This document shows, one piece after another, positions 1 to 11,182 of a stretch of 64,000 bases of DNA (positions within the stretch are counted from its first letter, which is position 1; the number at the start of each line of letters is the position of its first letter). The notes under the pieces were generated by a model, which did no database searches, was not told the origin of the DNA, and saw only the letters and a program-made list of their open reading frames with translations. Made by a program: the position numbers and the translations under genes. The DNA is from Lama glama (lineage: Eukaryota): the NCBI GenBank assembly GCA_028534125.1, contig CM052817.1:96350001-96414000 (forward strand). The letters are read 5' to 3'.

Positions 1-920
1 CGTAAACACCTTTCCCAATCCTGTCTCCAGAGAGATAATCCAAGTTTGAGTTGTGAGCTAAAAACTCAAGGTCTTTTTCACACTCTCCCTGCGTCCTGTC
101 CATATATATATATATATTTAAATTCTTACCCCAAACTCTCGATTTTATGTTTGCAACGACTTAACGCCAGCCTCGTTAATCCCAGCCCACGATTCCATCC
201 CTTCTCTCACATGCAAGTGTAAGGACGTGAGCGTCCTTGCTCATTGTCTGGTACAGATGGAGGGAAAAAGAGTGAGACTTGCTGCTTATTACTCCTCAAA
301 TATAGATGTGCTGGAAAGTGGGGCTTTTATTCATGCCTACTGTCACAGCCTGCAGGAGAGTGAGCTAGCAATACTGTTCACGCCAGTCATTCTATTAACC
401 AAAAATCGATTCTGTTCAGAGTACAAGCATAACAACCATAACCACACTTCCATTCCAACATCCAATTTGCTGCAATAAATTGCTAAATGATTTCCACCGA
501 GGAAGGGCACATTACATATTCAATTGATCACTGTGACTACCTGTGACTGGGCTCTCTGTGATCTCTCACATCAGTAAGGTCCATTCTGTTCTCATGAACT
601 CATTTCCCACTTTCCAGCAGCTCCTTAACACAACTCCACTGTGACCTGTGTGAATTCTGTGCCAGTGCTCCTTGCCTTTTCAGCTTTGAGGTCTGTGAAT
701 TCCATGCACCTTCCTTTATGCATCAGTGCTACAGATGTCAATCCATATTTAAGAAAGAAGAACTAGATGTCTGGTCTGAATTTCTTCTATCTGTTGTCTA
801 AATAGGACTGTTTTTCTCCAAGTTTCCTCCCCTAGGGAGAATTTTCATAGTGAATGAGGCAGGCAAGTCACGTCTCCTTGAGTTTCTTTTCGGGTTAGAG
901 CTTAGGGAACCAGCTGTCAT

Positions 921-1044
921 GAGTGAGATTGCTAGGTCATATGGTAGTTCTATTTTTAATTTTTTGAGAACTTCCATATGTTTTCCATAATGACTGTACC
1001 AATTTGCATTCCCATCAACAATGTACAAGGGTTCCCTTTTCACC
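921..1044 (-). mobile_element. LINE-1 internal ORF2 fragment (C-terminal region), no tail
   Basis: The minus-strand translation [40 protein letters not shown] matches the mammalian L1 ORF2p C-terminal segment. No poly(A) or TSD is visible. Confidence 0.85.
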
Positions 1045-2049
1045 CAAGGGTCTCATATACTCCACCACATAGCCAAAATAGGCTATGTAACCAGGCAAAA
1101 CAGGTGCAGATTATCAATCCACATATTTTTAATAAGCAATGTAGACAAGCTAGTCCAGAGTGCTTTCAGGGGATTTTCAGACTTTAAATAGCACATTCAA
1201 TGTCACTAGCCAGTACATTTCATTCGTATCTTGGCTGAGGGAGAGCACCATGGCTCTAGGTATCCCTGGAGTTAAAGAAAAGCTGCCATGGATCAAGCTG
1301 CAAGCTAACCCCACACTTCCCTACCAAAACTGTAAATCAAAAGTAGTGCTGAATCACTGATGGAATCTCAGACTTGAAAAACTTAAGAGTGATAATTCTT
1401 CGTATATTTCCATTTAATACACTGGTTTAGTTGGACAAAATAGATTTGTGTTTTGAAGAATGAAAAGTTAATCAAATGGTAGTTCTCACTGCACTGCTGT
1501 TCTAACCAGAGCCCTCTTGCTGGGGCACCTGGTATATGGCACATAATCCCCTGATCTTACATTTTGATTAACAGACAACAAACAGAAGCAATTTGCCTTT
1601 ACCTAGCAGGGACAGCAGTGCACTTTTATTTTTTAACTCAGTAATCTGTCAACTCTGGATCTTTGCTGCAATTTAATTCACAGGGACCTTAATTATCTTA
1701 CCATCTCACAGACTGTCAGGCTAGATCACCGCACTCACAGGTTACCTGATACAATCTGGAGAACAAGAAATATCAGGCACCCTCCATGCCTTGGCACTAT
1801 AAATACACGCCAAAATGAATGATGTACGTCTTGTGAAAATACAGGAGTCTCTCCCCTTGGTGAAGTTTGCGATGGGGGGTTAGATGGATGGATACTACAA
1901 TGGAAAGAATAATTTGCTGAAAATGTACACACCCAACCAAAATGTTTATTTGCTTATCTTTGGATTTCGGAGTCTGATGAGAATTATGGTCTCTCATCGT
2001 GTCTGCAGCAATATCCTGCACTTATATAATAACCACAATTCTTGTTTTC

Positions 2050-2200
2050 TAGCCCCAGGATCTGCCCCGATATCAGTTCTTCCCATGTCTGGTTCACAAT
2101 GGTTTTATGGGCCTTTAATATCATTCTAATAAATTAATTTTTCAAAAGTTAGCCAGAGTTGATTTTTATTCCTTACAACTAAAGAATACTAACTTAACAT
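2050..2200 (+). mobile_element. Old ERVL-type LTR 3' end (LTR16/LTR33-like); 5' extent uncertain
   Basis: AATAAA is followed by 'ttagccagagttgattttt...caactaaagaatactaact', the typical 3' terminus of these LTRs. The same motif recurs near 5786. Confidence 0.45.
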
Positions 2201-5200
2201 AATAATTAGGGAAGTATTACAAATGAGATAATAAAATTTCATCTCACATTAGTAGGTATTAATTACAGATAATATCAATTATTCACATTAAACACTTGAG
2301 AATATTATATGCTTTCTAAAGTAATTGCTGAAACTCAAGATTCCATTAAGAAATTGCACTAAAGTGTGTATACTACTGTATTTATTTTTCTATTGTTACA
2401 TAGAGATTTGATAAAATTAGGCCACAATATCCTGTTTATATTGTCAAATGATGATGAGTTTTTGACCTGGCTGAAAATACTATAAAACCTTTTTGAGGTT
2501 TAAATGTTTTCCAATTGTACAATAAATCAGGTGGGGAAATCTAGTTAATATTTATCGATCTTACATAAACAGTGCCCTGCACTAGATATTCTAGGGTAAA
2601 AACAAAGAGCTGTTTGCTTATTGATGCTTGCAAGTAATAATTTTTATGCTGAATTTAGAGTTGAAAGCCTTTTTATAGATTTTACCAGTATATATAACAC
2701 CCTTGTAATTGTCATAAATGTTTTACAGTTAAAAGAATCTAGGAAAATAGCTTTTAAGATTCAATCAGACAGAATCAGTGAAGAGTTTTCAAATTATGCG
2801 TTCTCAAATTGTCCTTTTGTTTGGCAAGATTTGGTAAAATGAAAATAGACTGGAACAGGAGAAGCAGCAAACTGAAGGCGTTATACTCAGGCATCCCAAG
2901 GCTAGGAATGAGCACATGTGAAAGCTGAGGGTCTGGGAAATGATTTCCTTAAAACCATCAACATTTAAGACGCCTGGGAAGTCTTCAGGAGTTCTTCAGT
3001 TTGAAAACCTTCTTGAATATCTAATGTATGTTTCCTTGGTTTTAATCTAGTTTTAGTTGTTTTTTTCTTAATGTGTACAAACCACACTGTTTTAAAATAC
3101 AAAGTACACAAAGAACCAACTTTCTTTAATAATGTCTTATAAATATCAGTTGGTATTAAAACTTACTTGCTCATTTTTTTTCCAGCAATTTCACACTTTT
3201 GGTTCTGACTGGTGCAATTCTGTTTTCTCAGACTGCTAGATCTGCTAGTTAAAAAATTATCATTTGAACTTGAAACTACATATATGCTTTATTGTTCATT
3301 TTATTCATTATTTTGCACCTTCACACATTGGATAAAGGTATGGTGGTAATGTTTTCCACAAGTGGAAACAAAGTTCCACAAAATAATATGTTTCAGTAGT
3401 TGTCAAATCTCTTGAAATCATAATTATCTGTGTATATAATAAGAAATATATACATGCATATACATCCATCCAGCTACTTATGTATACAAATCCCATTCTA
3501 AGATATTAAGAGGTATATCAGTATTTTTCCAATGCAATTCAGAAATGAAATTCCCCATTCTTCAAGGACAAAGGCTTAACTGTGTATATGCAAGGAGAGT
3601 TCTAAGTTCACAAACAAAAATCTAGAATATAACAACATTTTTGGAAGACTGTTATAAACAAGATGACAAATATCACATTTAGTAAAATTCTACTATAACT
3701 TCCAGTTCAGTCTCACAGGGTAATAACTTATTGAATAAAAGTATAAATAAAAACTGAATTAAACATAACAGAAAAAAACAGAAAGTAGCAGTCTTAAACA
3801 TGAAATTTGAAAGTCTAAATCCATCCCTTTATCCATCCATCCATCCATCATGTTAACAAACCAGGTGGTCTGCTAGGGTAGAATATAAAGGTAAGTCATG
3901 TCCTCAGTGAACTCAGAGCTTAGAAACAAAGACAGACAGGTAGAAAAGACAGCTGTTTCTTTGCTTTCAAGCTCTGTGCCCCATCTTTGCCAGCATCAGA
4001 GAGAACTGGACTGATGTCCTTGTCTTCTACCATTACCTTCTGCTCCCCAGTCTATTCCTAATCCTCTCTGCTCCTAATTCATCTCCCATATAGGGTCTTA
4101 AACTTGACACTTAGATTGGACTCTTTCTTCTCTGGTACTGAAAACTCAGGCATCCCAGGCATTTACACCCAGTTAGTTACCTGCGTGCAGCCCAGTTTGC
4201 ACAACCAGTTATTCCAATGGAACTTTACAGCACAGACCATCAAGGCTGATACTCCTCCCTGGATCATCCCGTCCTGGGGATGTCCACAGTACTACATGAC
4301 AAGTGCTGGAAAGATGACATCACATTTGGTGCCTCCAGGAGGGATCACACAGCTGCCCAGGACTGAACGGATGTTTGGCAGTCATGAAAGAGCTCAGAGA
4401 GCTCACAGAGGAGCTAGTGCTTGAAATGTGATTTTGAGGCTTGAAAAAAAAAATAGAGGTGTGTCGGGTATTATGAAGGCAACAGAATGGCAGAAAACTT
4501 TGACTTTTTGGATATAAAATCAATTCTAGAATACAGAGGCAGAGAGCCGTGGAAGATGAATCCATCTCCAAAACAATATAGCAGTATAAAATTTTGAGCT
4601 CCCACCAAGGCAGTGAAAAACTGAACACACAGTAACATACTTTTTAATCTTGTTAATTCAGGATTATGATTGGAATAGATGTTGATTTTATAGTATTAGT
4701 TATATCTAGGACATGGGAAAAATTATGAATACCCCTCAGAAAAAAGACTGAAATAAAGTAATTATTTGAAAAAAAATAAAGAATTCATCAATCTTTTATG
4801 GGTAAAATTGGTTACTTACAAGAACATTCTACAAAGAACTGGTCTAGCTGACTCCAAAGCTTTTCTCTTAAATTATGCTTTTTATTAACTCTCTTTCCAC
4901 TGATCCCATACTTACCAAGCAATCTCATAAGTATAATTTCCTTCTCTATGTAGAGATTCCTAAATGGATGGAAAGTATGCTCTGACTAACTGCCATGAAT
5001 ATTTATGTTCTCTGGAAGTTATATTCTCACTGCAAATTAATGCACTGGCATTTAGTTTGTGTGTCAACATGTGTGAGTTTGTTTATTTGGGGTTAAAGCC
5101 CTTACTAAGGTTGATGACCATTGGGTATGCTGCAAAGTCACGTTTCTGGATCTCCAAACTGACGAACAGGTCTTTGACTAGGGTAATCTGTCCAGAAACT

Positions 5201-5501
5201 GCCACCTGATGAAGGCCAGTTTAGTGACCATTGTCCTCTCATGGTAATACATCTCTCATGGCCCTCTTCATTACTATAATAATAATGAGACCATGTGACT
5301 TAATTAAATTTTTTAAGTACCATAAAGGATCATAGGAAAAAATACAAGATTGATGAAAATTAATAACATAGCCAGGAAGGCAGAACTTTGGATATAACAA
5401 ACTAAAGTGTGGAAAAAAATTCAGTGGTTCCATGAACAGTTTTAGCTGTAACATCTTAAAATTTTTCTAGAATAATAAGATAATTAAGGATATATTATCC
5501 A

Positions 5502-5835
5502 TTGCAGTGGTTGTGAGAATGTACCTCAGAGACTGCTAACTACAGGGAGTGTAATTAATCAAGGGTCCCAATTACTGTGTTTTGAAATTTATGTTTCCTC
5601 ACCCTTCATGGGTCACTCCCAGCCAACGACTGTGTGCATCATATTAATTCTTTCAATCCATGAACACGGTATATCTTTCCCTCTGTTTGTGTTGGCTTCA
5701 GTTTCTTTCATCAGTGTCTTATAGTTTTCCGAGTACAGGTCTTTTACCTCCTTATACACTTTTAATAAAATTGTATCTGCTTCTATTAGCCAGAGTTGAT
5801 TTTTGCTCTTTGCAAATAAGACCTTGATTTATACT
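5502..5835 (+). mobile_element. LTR16-like ERVL LTR, interrupted by an L1 fragment
   Basis: 5' part 'tgcagtggttgtgagaatgtacctcaga...gggagtgtaatt...ctcccagccaacgactg' and 3' part 'aataaa...ttagccagagttgattttt' resemble the recalled LTR16 consensus. Confidence 0.55.
5640..5754 (-). mobile_element. LINE-1 internal ORF2 fragment, no tail
   Basis: The minus strand reads open as KEVKDLYSENYKTLMKETEANTNRGKDIPCSWIERIN, a characteristic L1 ORF2p segment downstream of the RT domain. Confidence 0.9.
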
Positions 5836-6424
5836 CTACCTTTCCTGAATGGGTAATTCAAGAGACTTTGGTTCTTACTGCTTGGACTAGACTGCATTGC
5901 TCTTGAATGCATTCAAAGTCAGCACCAATGTGCCAGATATCGAGTCTTTATTCATCTGAGGAACTTGTTTTATGCCTGAGCAAGATTAGTTCTGCCTCTG
6001 CTTTGTGAAGCTACCCACAGGCTTGCAGCAGGCCTTAAATTCTGCTGTTTTGCTTCAGTTTTCCCAGCTAATAAATGGTAGACTAGGGATTTATTCATAT
6101 TTTCTGACTCCAAAGTATTTGCTCCTCTACTGACTTTGATTAGTTATGTCTCACAGTTGGGGATGGTCCCTCTGAGGGTAAGATCTCTTCTCTTCCCAAA
6201 TCACAGCATTAAGATAGTTTCCACATCATCCAATTGACTACCTCCTGTTGACAATAGCAATCATTTTGATTCGCACGCCATATTTATTATTGAAACGTCT
6301 TAATAGCATCCACCCCACCCATCCTACACCTTCCACCTCATTAATGTACTGCACGTATCTCTGCACTTGTCCTTCATCAGTGTACCTTTCACTAACTTCC
6401 TCTCTCCAGAAGGAACAGCATGAT

Positions 6425-6445
6425 CTCAGCACCCTGGTCAGCCTG
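6425..6445 (+). promoter_or_regulatory. Candidate RE1/NRSE (REST-binding) site
   Basis: CTCAGCACCCTGGTCAGCCTG versus consensus NTCAGCACCNNGGACAGCNCC: intact left half, canonical 2-nt spacer, GGTCAG right half. Confidence 0.4.
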
Positions 6446-8948
6446 GATTCCACCACTGGAATCATTGCTGCTTCTCTTCCTGCTTCCAAAACTCCTGGTG
6501 TGCTTCCTTCATTGCTCAGTTTGGCCCTTTTTCAATCCCAACAACTGGAATAACACAGCAATTTACACTTCATATAGAAATGCATGGCTTTGACTCAGGT
6601 AACTAGAGAAGGAAAACTTAGAGAAAGCTTTCATTAAATCGCAAAAAGATAGTGACTCCAGAATTCATTCCAGAATTTCTGAGTGCTCCATCAAGTGATT
6701 CTTTCATTCTTTTTTCACAGCTCTACACTTTTCCCTCTTCTGACCCCAAAACTGTTTTGAAATGATAGGTAGTTTTGTGGAGAGAATAGACCCTTAATGT
6801 TGCAGAAGGCTATCTACTGTTTTAACTGAACAAGAGCTTCCCACAAATAAAATGAACTTACTTTATATATTTAATTGTATACGAAATTCATAGATAGAAG
6901 GCTTATTTTTGTAAAAGAAGAATCTTGCTGGGTTGATGATTCCTACTGGTTTCCTAATAGAAAAAAAAATGGATGTTTCAGTTGAAATACATAATAAGCC
7001 TTGAAAATTCTCCAAATCACCTCTCCTTTTTAAAAATGTTCAGACTGAAAGATGAGATGGAGACAGCAGTGCTGTTGAAGATCAAATAAAGTACCATTGT
7101 AAGCGTTCTCAGTAGACAGAGCTCATCCCATAAGTCATTAAACACATAAATTCCAGAAGAACACATCAATGTCATCTTTCACTGCTCCAACAACACATCC
7201 AAAGCAGAGTAAAATATTTTCAATAAATTTGACATCCAGATTGCTTATTTCAGTGTTTCCACTTTTCTCTTCATCACCTTCTGTCCCAGAGATAAAAAGT
7301 TGAAAATAGCGATAGAAAATTTCAGATGTTTTCCAATAGCTGATTCTTCTAAAATATTGATGAAATTCATAACGAAAATATTTTTTAGTGTTTCTCTGTT
7401 AGTGCCACCAAAACGATCCAAGCAAATGATTATTTAATAAAGAGCAATGCATACAGTCAATTCATAGGAAGCCACAGGTACCAAAGAGGATGTGTCAAGA
7501 GAGTTTGAGAACAGTGAGAGGAAGAGGTTATCAAGTGAAACTGAGAGCTGCGGAAATCAAGTCTCAAGGGCACACATAGCACCTGTGAAGGTGGCCCACT
7601 GTACAAAGTGCTTTGTAAAAGTGCTGCCTCTGAGACTGAGGACTTGTGGTTATAAAGACCTAGTTGTAATTTTGGGAAATCGTGCCTGTAATTGATTCCA
7701 TTAAAATATAAGTTGCCTAGAAGAGATAATGTCATGACTGACAAAAAAACAGAAAGCAGTAGATGGAAGAATTTGTCAAGCACCCTACAGCAGTCTCAGA
7801 GAAGCTGGGGCTGACTCCAACGGCCAATTCCAGTCACCAAGCCAGAAGACCCCTAGGGGTGATGCAGCTCCACAGGCGGCCAAAGCCTGGCAGGCACGTC
7901 TTGTGAAGCCATCCACCACCCTTTCCACCCTTCTCATCTCAACCAGTGCTCACCAGTGGACCTTGTGATCTATGATTTGCTTTCTGCAGTGAAATGGGAA
8001 GTTATGTCCTAAGTCAAGAGTCAGGATCTGTGGCCTCGTTGAATACAGATTTGAACATACATTGGCAATCTGGTGTATGAACTAGTTTCTACAATTCTGG
8101 GTTAATGTAAATCAGTTTCTGCTTCCTGATTACTTCTTAGTGAACTGGTAAATATTTTTCTTTTGGAAACTGCAGGGCTATAAACTAGACACTGAGCTAA
8201 TGTTTTCACCAAAGCCTGCCTTCCCATGGAATTCTGCAGAGAAGCTTACTTCAGTATCTTAAATATCTCTTTTACCCCAGTAAGGAGCACAACCATTCAA
8301 TTGTCCTATTTTTCCAACTTGGGAAGGCATAGGAGTTATCTAAATCGAGATGAAATTTTGTGATTACAGTCTGCAAAATTCACAAAAAGACGCATTACCA
8401 TATATACATGAATGCGCTACTCTCCATGTAAACAAGTGATTACTTATTTAGGAAGAGAATTATCATCACTGCAGACGTAAAATTTCGTAAGTCTTATCCT
8501 TCTCCTTCATAATCCTTTTAAAATAAGAAGGTATAAATAATTATACATTTTAATTCAGACTTTGGTATTCCAAATATTGTTTTATACTTTGCTGCTCACA
8601 TTAGCAGACTAATTTTTAGAACAGGGTTTTGATAAATGTATTCATGTAAAATTTTTTTCAAATGGTAATCTTATAATTCTTTCAGTTCTTTATCCTAAGT
8701 AAAATTATAAACTATCAGCTATTTATTCCAGTATTATTTTAAATTTACCCAACAACATTATTTATGCTAGTACATGCCACTTCTTAATGCTGAAAGTACA
8801 GTACTAAACAAGACACACAGGTCTCCAGTCTAATGGGCCTTTTGGACATTAAATTCTGGTGGGGGTACTGAGAGACTAATAGTAAACAAGTAAACAAGAT
8901 GATTTCAGGGCCATGAATAAGATAAAACAAGGTGATGTAATGAGGTAA

Positions 8949-9017
8949 GTGTGTGTGTGTGTGTGTGTGTGTCTGTGTCTGTGTCTGTGTCTGTGTGTGT
9001 GTCTGTGTCTGTGTGTG
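8949..9017. repeat. Compound (GT)n/(GTCTGT)n microsatellite
   Basis: Seen directly in the sequence. Confidence 0.95.
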
Positions 9018-9204
9018 GGTTGGAGGACGTTTGTTTAGACTGAGTTCTTAGAGAAGGCCTCCATATGAATGTGACATTTAAGCTGAAACCTGAGTGAAGG
9101 AGGGAATGGAGAAGTCAGGGGCAGATCTGGGGAGAGAACATCACAGGTAGATGGAGTAAAACAAGCGAAGCTCCAGAGGTAGGAGCAGAGTGGGTATGTT
9201 GACC

Positions 9205-9670
9205 TGTGGCAGACAGACAGCTCAGGTGCCTCCGTATGACTGACTCATTCTGGTGTATATATCTTTGGATAATTCCCTCCGTAGAAGTGTATGTGTATGT
9301 GTTATCTGTGACGTGCTTCTAAACAATCAAAAGATGAGCTGTCACTCCTCTTATGTGATATAAGACTCTGTCTTGCTATCAGACTCAGTCCAGTCTCTCA
9401 CTCTTTTTCTATTGTTAGCAAACCACAGCCAAAAAGAACTGAATGCTTTTGAAACCCACACCAGTGGAGAACCTGCTGCTTCCTTAGCTGGGCCTCCAGA
9501 TGAGAACACCATCTTGACCAGTCCCTTGATTGGAGCCTGTGAGACCCTAAGCAAAGGATCCAGGTAAGCCATGCCTGGACTCCTGACCCACAGAAATTAT
9601 GAGATAATAGATGTGTTGTTCTACCTTGTTAAATTGTAGCAATTTGTTACAGAACATAGAAGTCAATCCA
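9205..9670 (+). mobile_element. MaLR solo LTR (MLT1 family)
   Basis: TG...CA ends and a near-perfect 5-bp TSD (tgacc/tggcc). The MLT1 3' signature 'cctggactcctgacccacagaaattatgagataata...gcaatttgttac' is present. Confidence 0.8.
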
Positions 9671-10288
9671 TGGCCCCTAATCAGAATGTACTTCTGGCTG
9701 AAGGGCCATGATCCAAGGGAACAGGACTACATTTGAGATGAGGCTGAAGGATGACGACGTAGGACCTAAAGACATGGTAAGAAAATTTGATTTTACTATT
9801 AAGTGTGTTAGAAAGTCATTGGAGAGATTTAAATAAGAGAGTGATATGATTAGGCATTTCCTAGTTACTTGTGAAGGGTGGGCTATGGGGTGACCAGAGT
9901 GAACAGGAAGACATCTCAGAAGGCAGCTACGTTCATTAGTCTAGATGAGAGAGTGAAGTGGCTGGGATTAGGGTGGTAGAAATGGAGTATAGTTTTTAAA
10001 AAAGAGAGACAGAGTCAGGAAAAATTTGAATGCAGTCTACCAAATCGTTTGGATTCAGCATCTGGGAGTATGGTGATTTCTTTACTGAAATGGAGAAATC
10101 TGAGAGGTAAAGTTGGGTTTCTCAGGTAGAACATAGAGGGGGCAAATCCAGAGTGCTATTTTGACCTGTTAAATTTGAGATATCAGTGACATATTCAGGG
10201 GTAAGATGTCAAGGAAGCTATTGAATAAGCAGGTCTGAGACTCAGTATGAGTGATACATATTTGGAAGTAATCAGAATACTGATTGTA

Positions 10289-10871
10289 CTCTTTCTCTTC
10301 CTGTCCCAGGCGATTCGGGATCTCCCAGCCCCAGGACAGACACGGCCACGTCGAAGAACCACACCACACACAACCAGTCCCGAAAATGTCACAGAAATGG
10401 CATCAAAAAACCCCGATCACCACGATACAAATCTCTTAAGGGGGTGGACCCCAAGTTCCTGAGGAACATGTGCTTTGCCAAGAAGCACACCAAGAAGGGC
10501 CTGAAGAAGATGCAGGCCAACAGTGCCAAGGCCATGAGTGCACGTGCTGAGGCTAGCAAGGCTCTCGGAAAGCCCAAGGAGGTCAAGCCCTAGGTCCCAG
10601 AGGGCAGCAGCCGCGAGCTCAGTCGACTTGCCTACACTGCTCACCCCAAGCTCGGGAAACGTGCTCGTGCCCGGATCGCCAAGGGTCTCAGGCTCTGTCG
10701 GCCAAAGGACAAGGACAAGGCTCAGACCAAGGCCGCAGCTTCAGCTGCAGCTCCGGCTCCAGCTCAGGCTCAGGCTCCCAAAGGCCCCCAGGCCCCCACA
10801 AAGGCTCCAGAGTAGAGGCTTCCATCTATTGATGTGAGGATAGAAGGACTGCTGTGACCCCTGGGCTGCTG
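10289..10871 (+). pseudogene. RPL29: Processed pseudogene of 60S ribosomal protein L29 (eL29)
   Basis: Intronless copy starting at the 5'TOP tract ctctttctcttcc. Frame 10342-10815 reads (T)[69 protein letters not shown]...KAPE*. The start codon is ACG instead of ATG, there is a premature TAG at 10591-10593, and the 3'UTR stops before the poly(A) signal. Confidence 0.97.
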
Positions 10872-11120
10872 TTAGTTAAAACCAGAAATGGGATTGGAAG
10901 AGGGAGTGTTAACATGATACGTAATAAGGAAAACTTAAATAAATATAGAAACTTGCTTCTGACACTGAACAGAGAACTTTGCTTTGTTGACATCTAAAGC
11001 AGTAGGCTATTATCACTATGTTTAACAATATTCATAAAATAATTCTCTAATGTGCACGTACTATTTGCTTGAGATTTGGAGACTGGGAGTCATGTGCATA
11101 TAGTAAAATCAAAGTTAGCT

Positions 11121-11182
11121 CACACAACATTGTAAAATGAATATAAATCAATAAAAAATGTTTAAAAAAACCCAAAAAACAA
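11121..11182 (+). mobile_element. Extremely 5'-truncated L1 (3' terminus plus A-rich tail)
   Basis: 'cacacaacattgtaaaatgaatataaatcaataaaaaatg' plus tail, bracketed by TSD aaaatcaaagttagct (11105-11120) / aaaaccaaagttagct (11183-11198). Same 3' end as the copy at 40603-40737. Confidence 0.85.

Larger units (their letters stand above)
8745..10288 (-). mobile_element. Degenerate LINE-2, interrupted by a microsatellite, an MLT1 LTR and the RPL29 retrocopy
   Basis: Contains L2 antisense hallmarks such as 'agagaaggcctc...gtgacatttaagctgaaacctga', 'gagtgatatgat' and 'tttggaagtaatcag'. Boundaries are approximate. Confidence 0.7.

Noticed and set aside
10247..10837. Overlapping ORFs 10247-10462, 10389-10586, 10417-10644 and 10538-10837
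   Set aside because: Alternative and antisense frames of the GC-rich RPL29 retrocopy.
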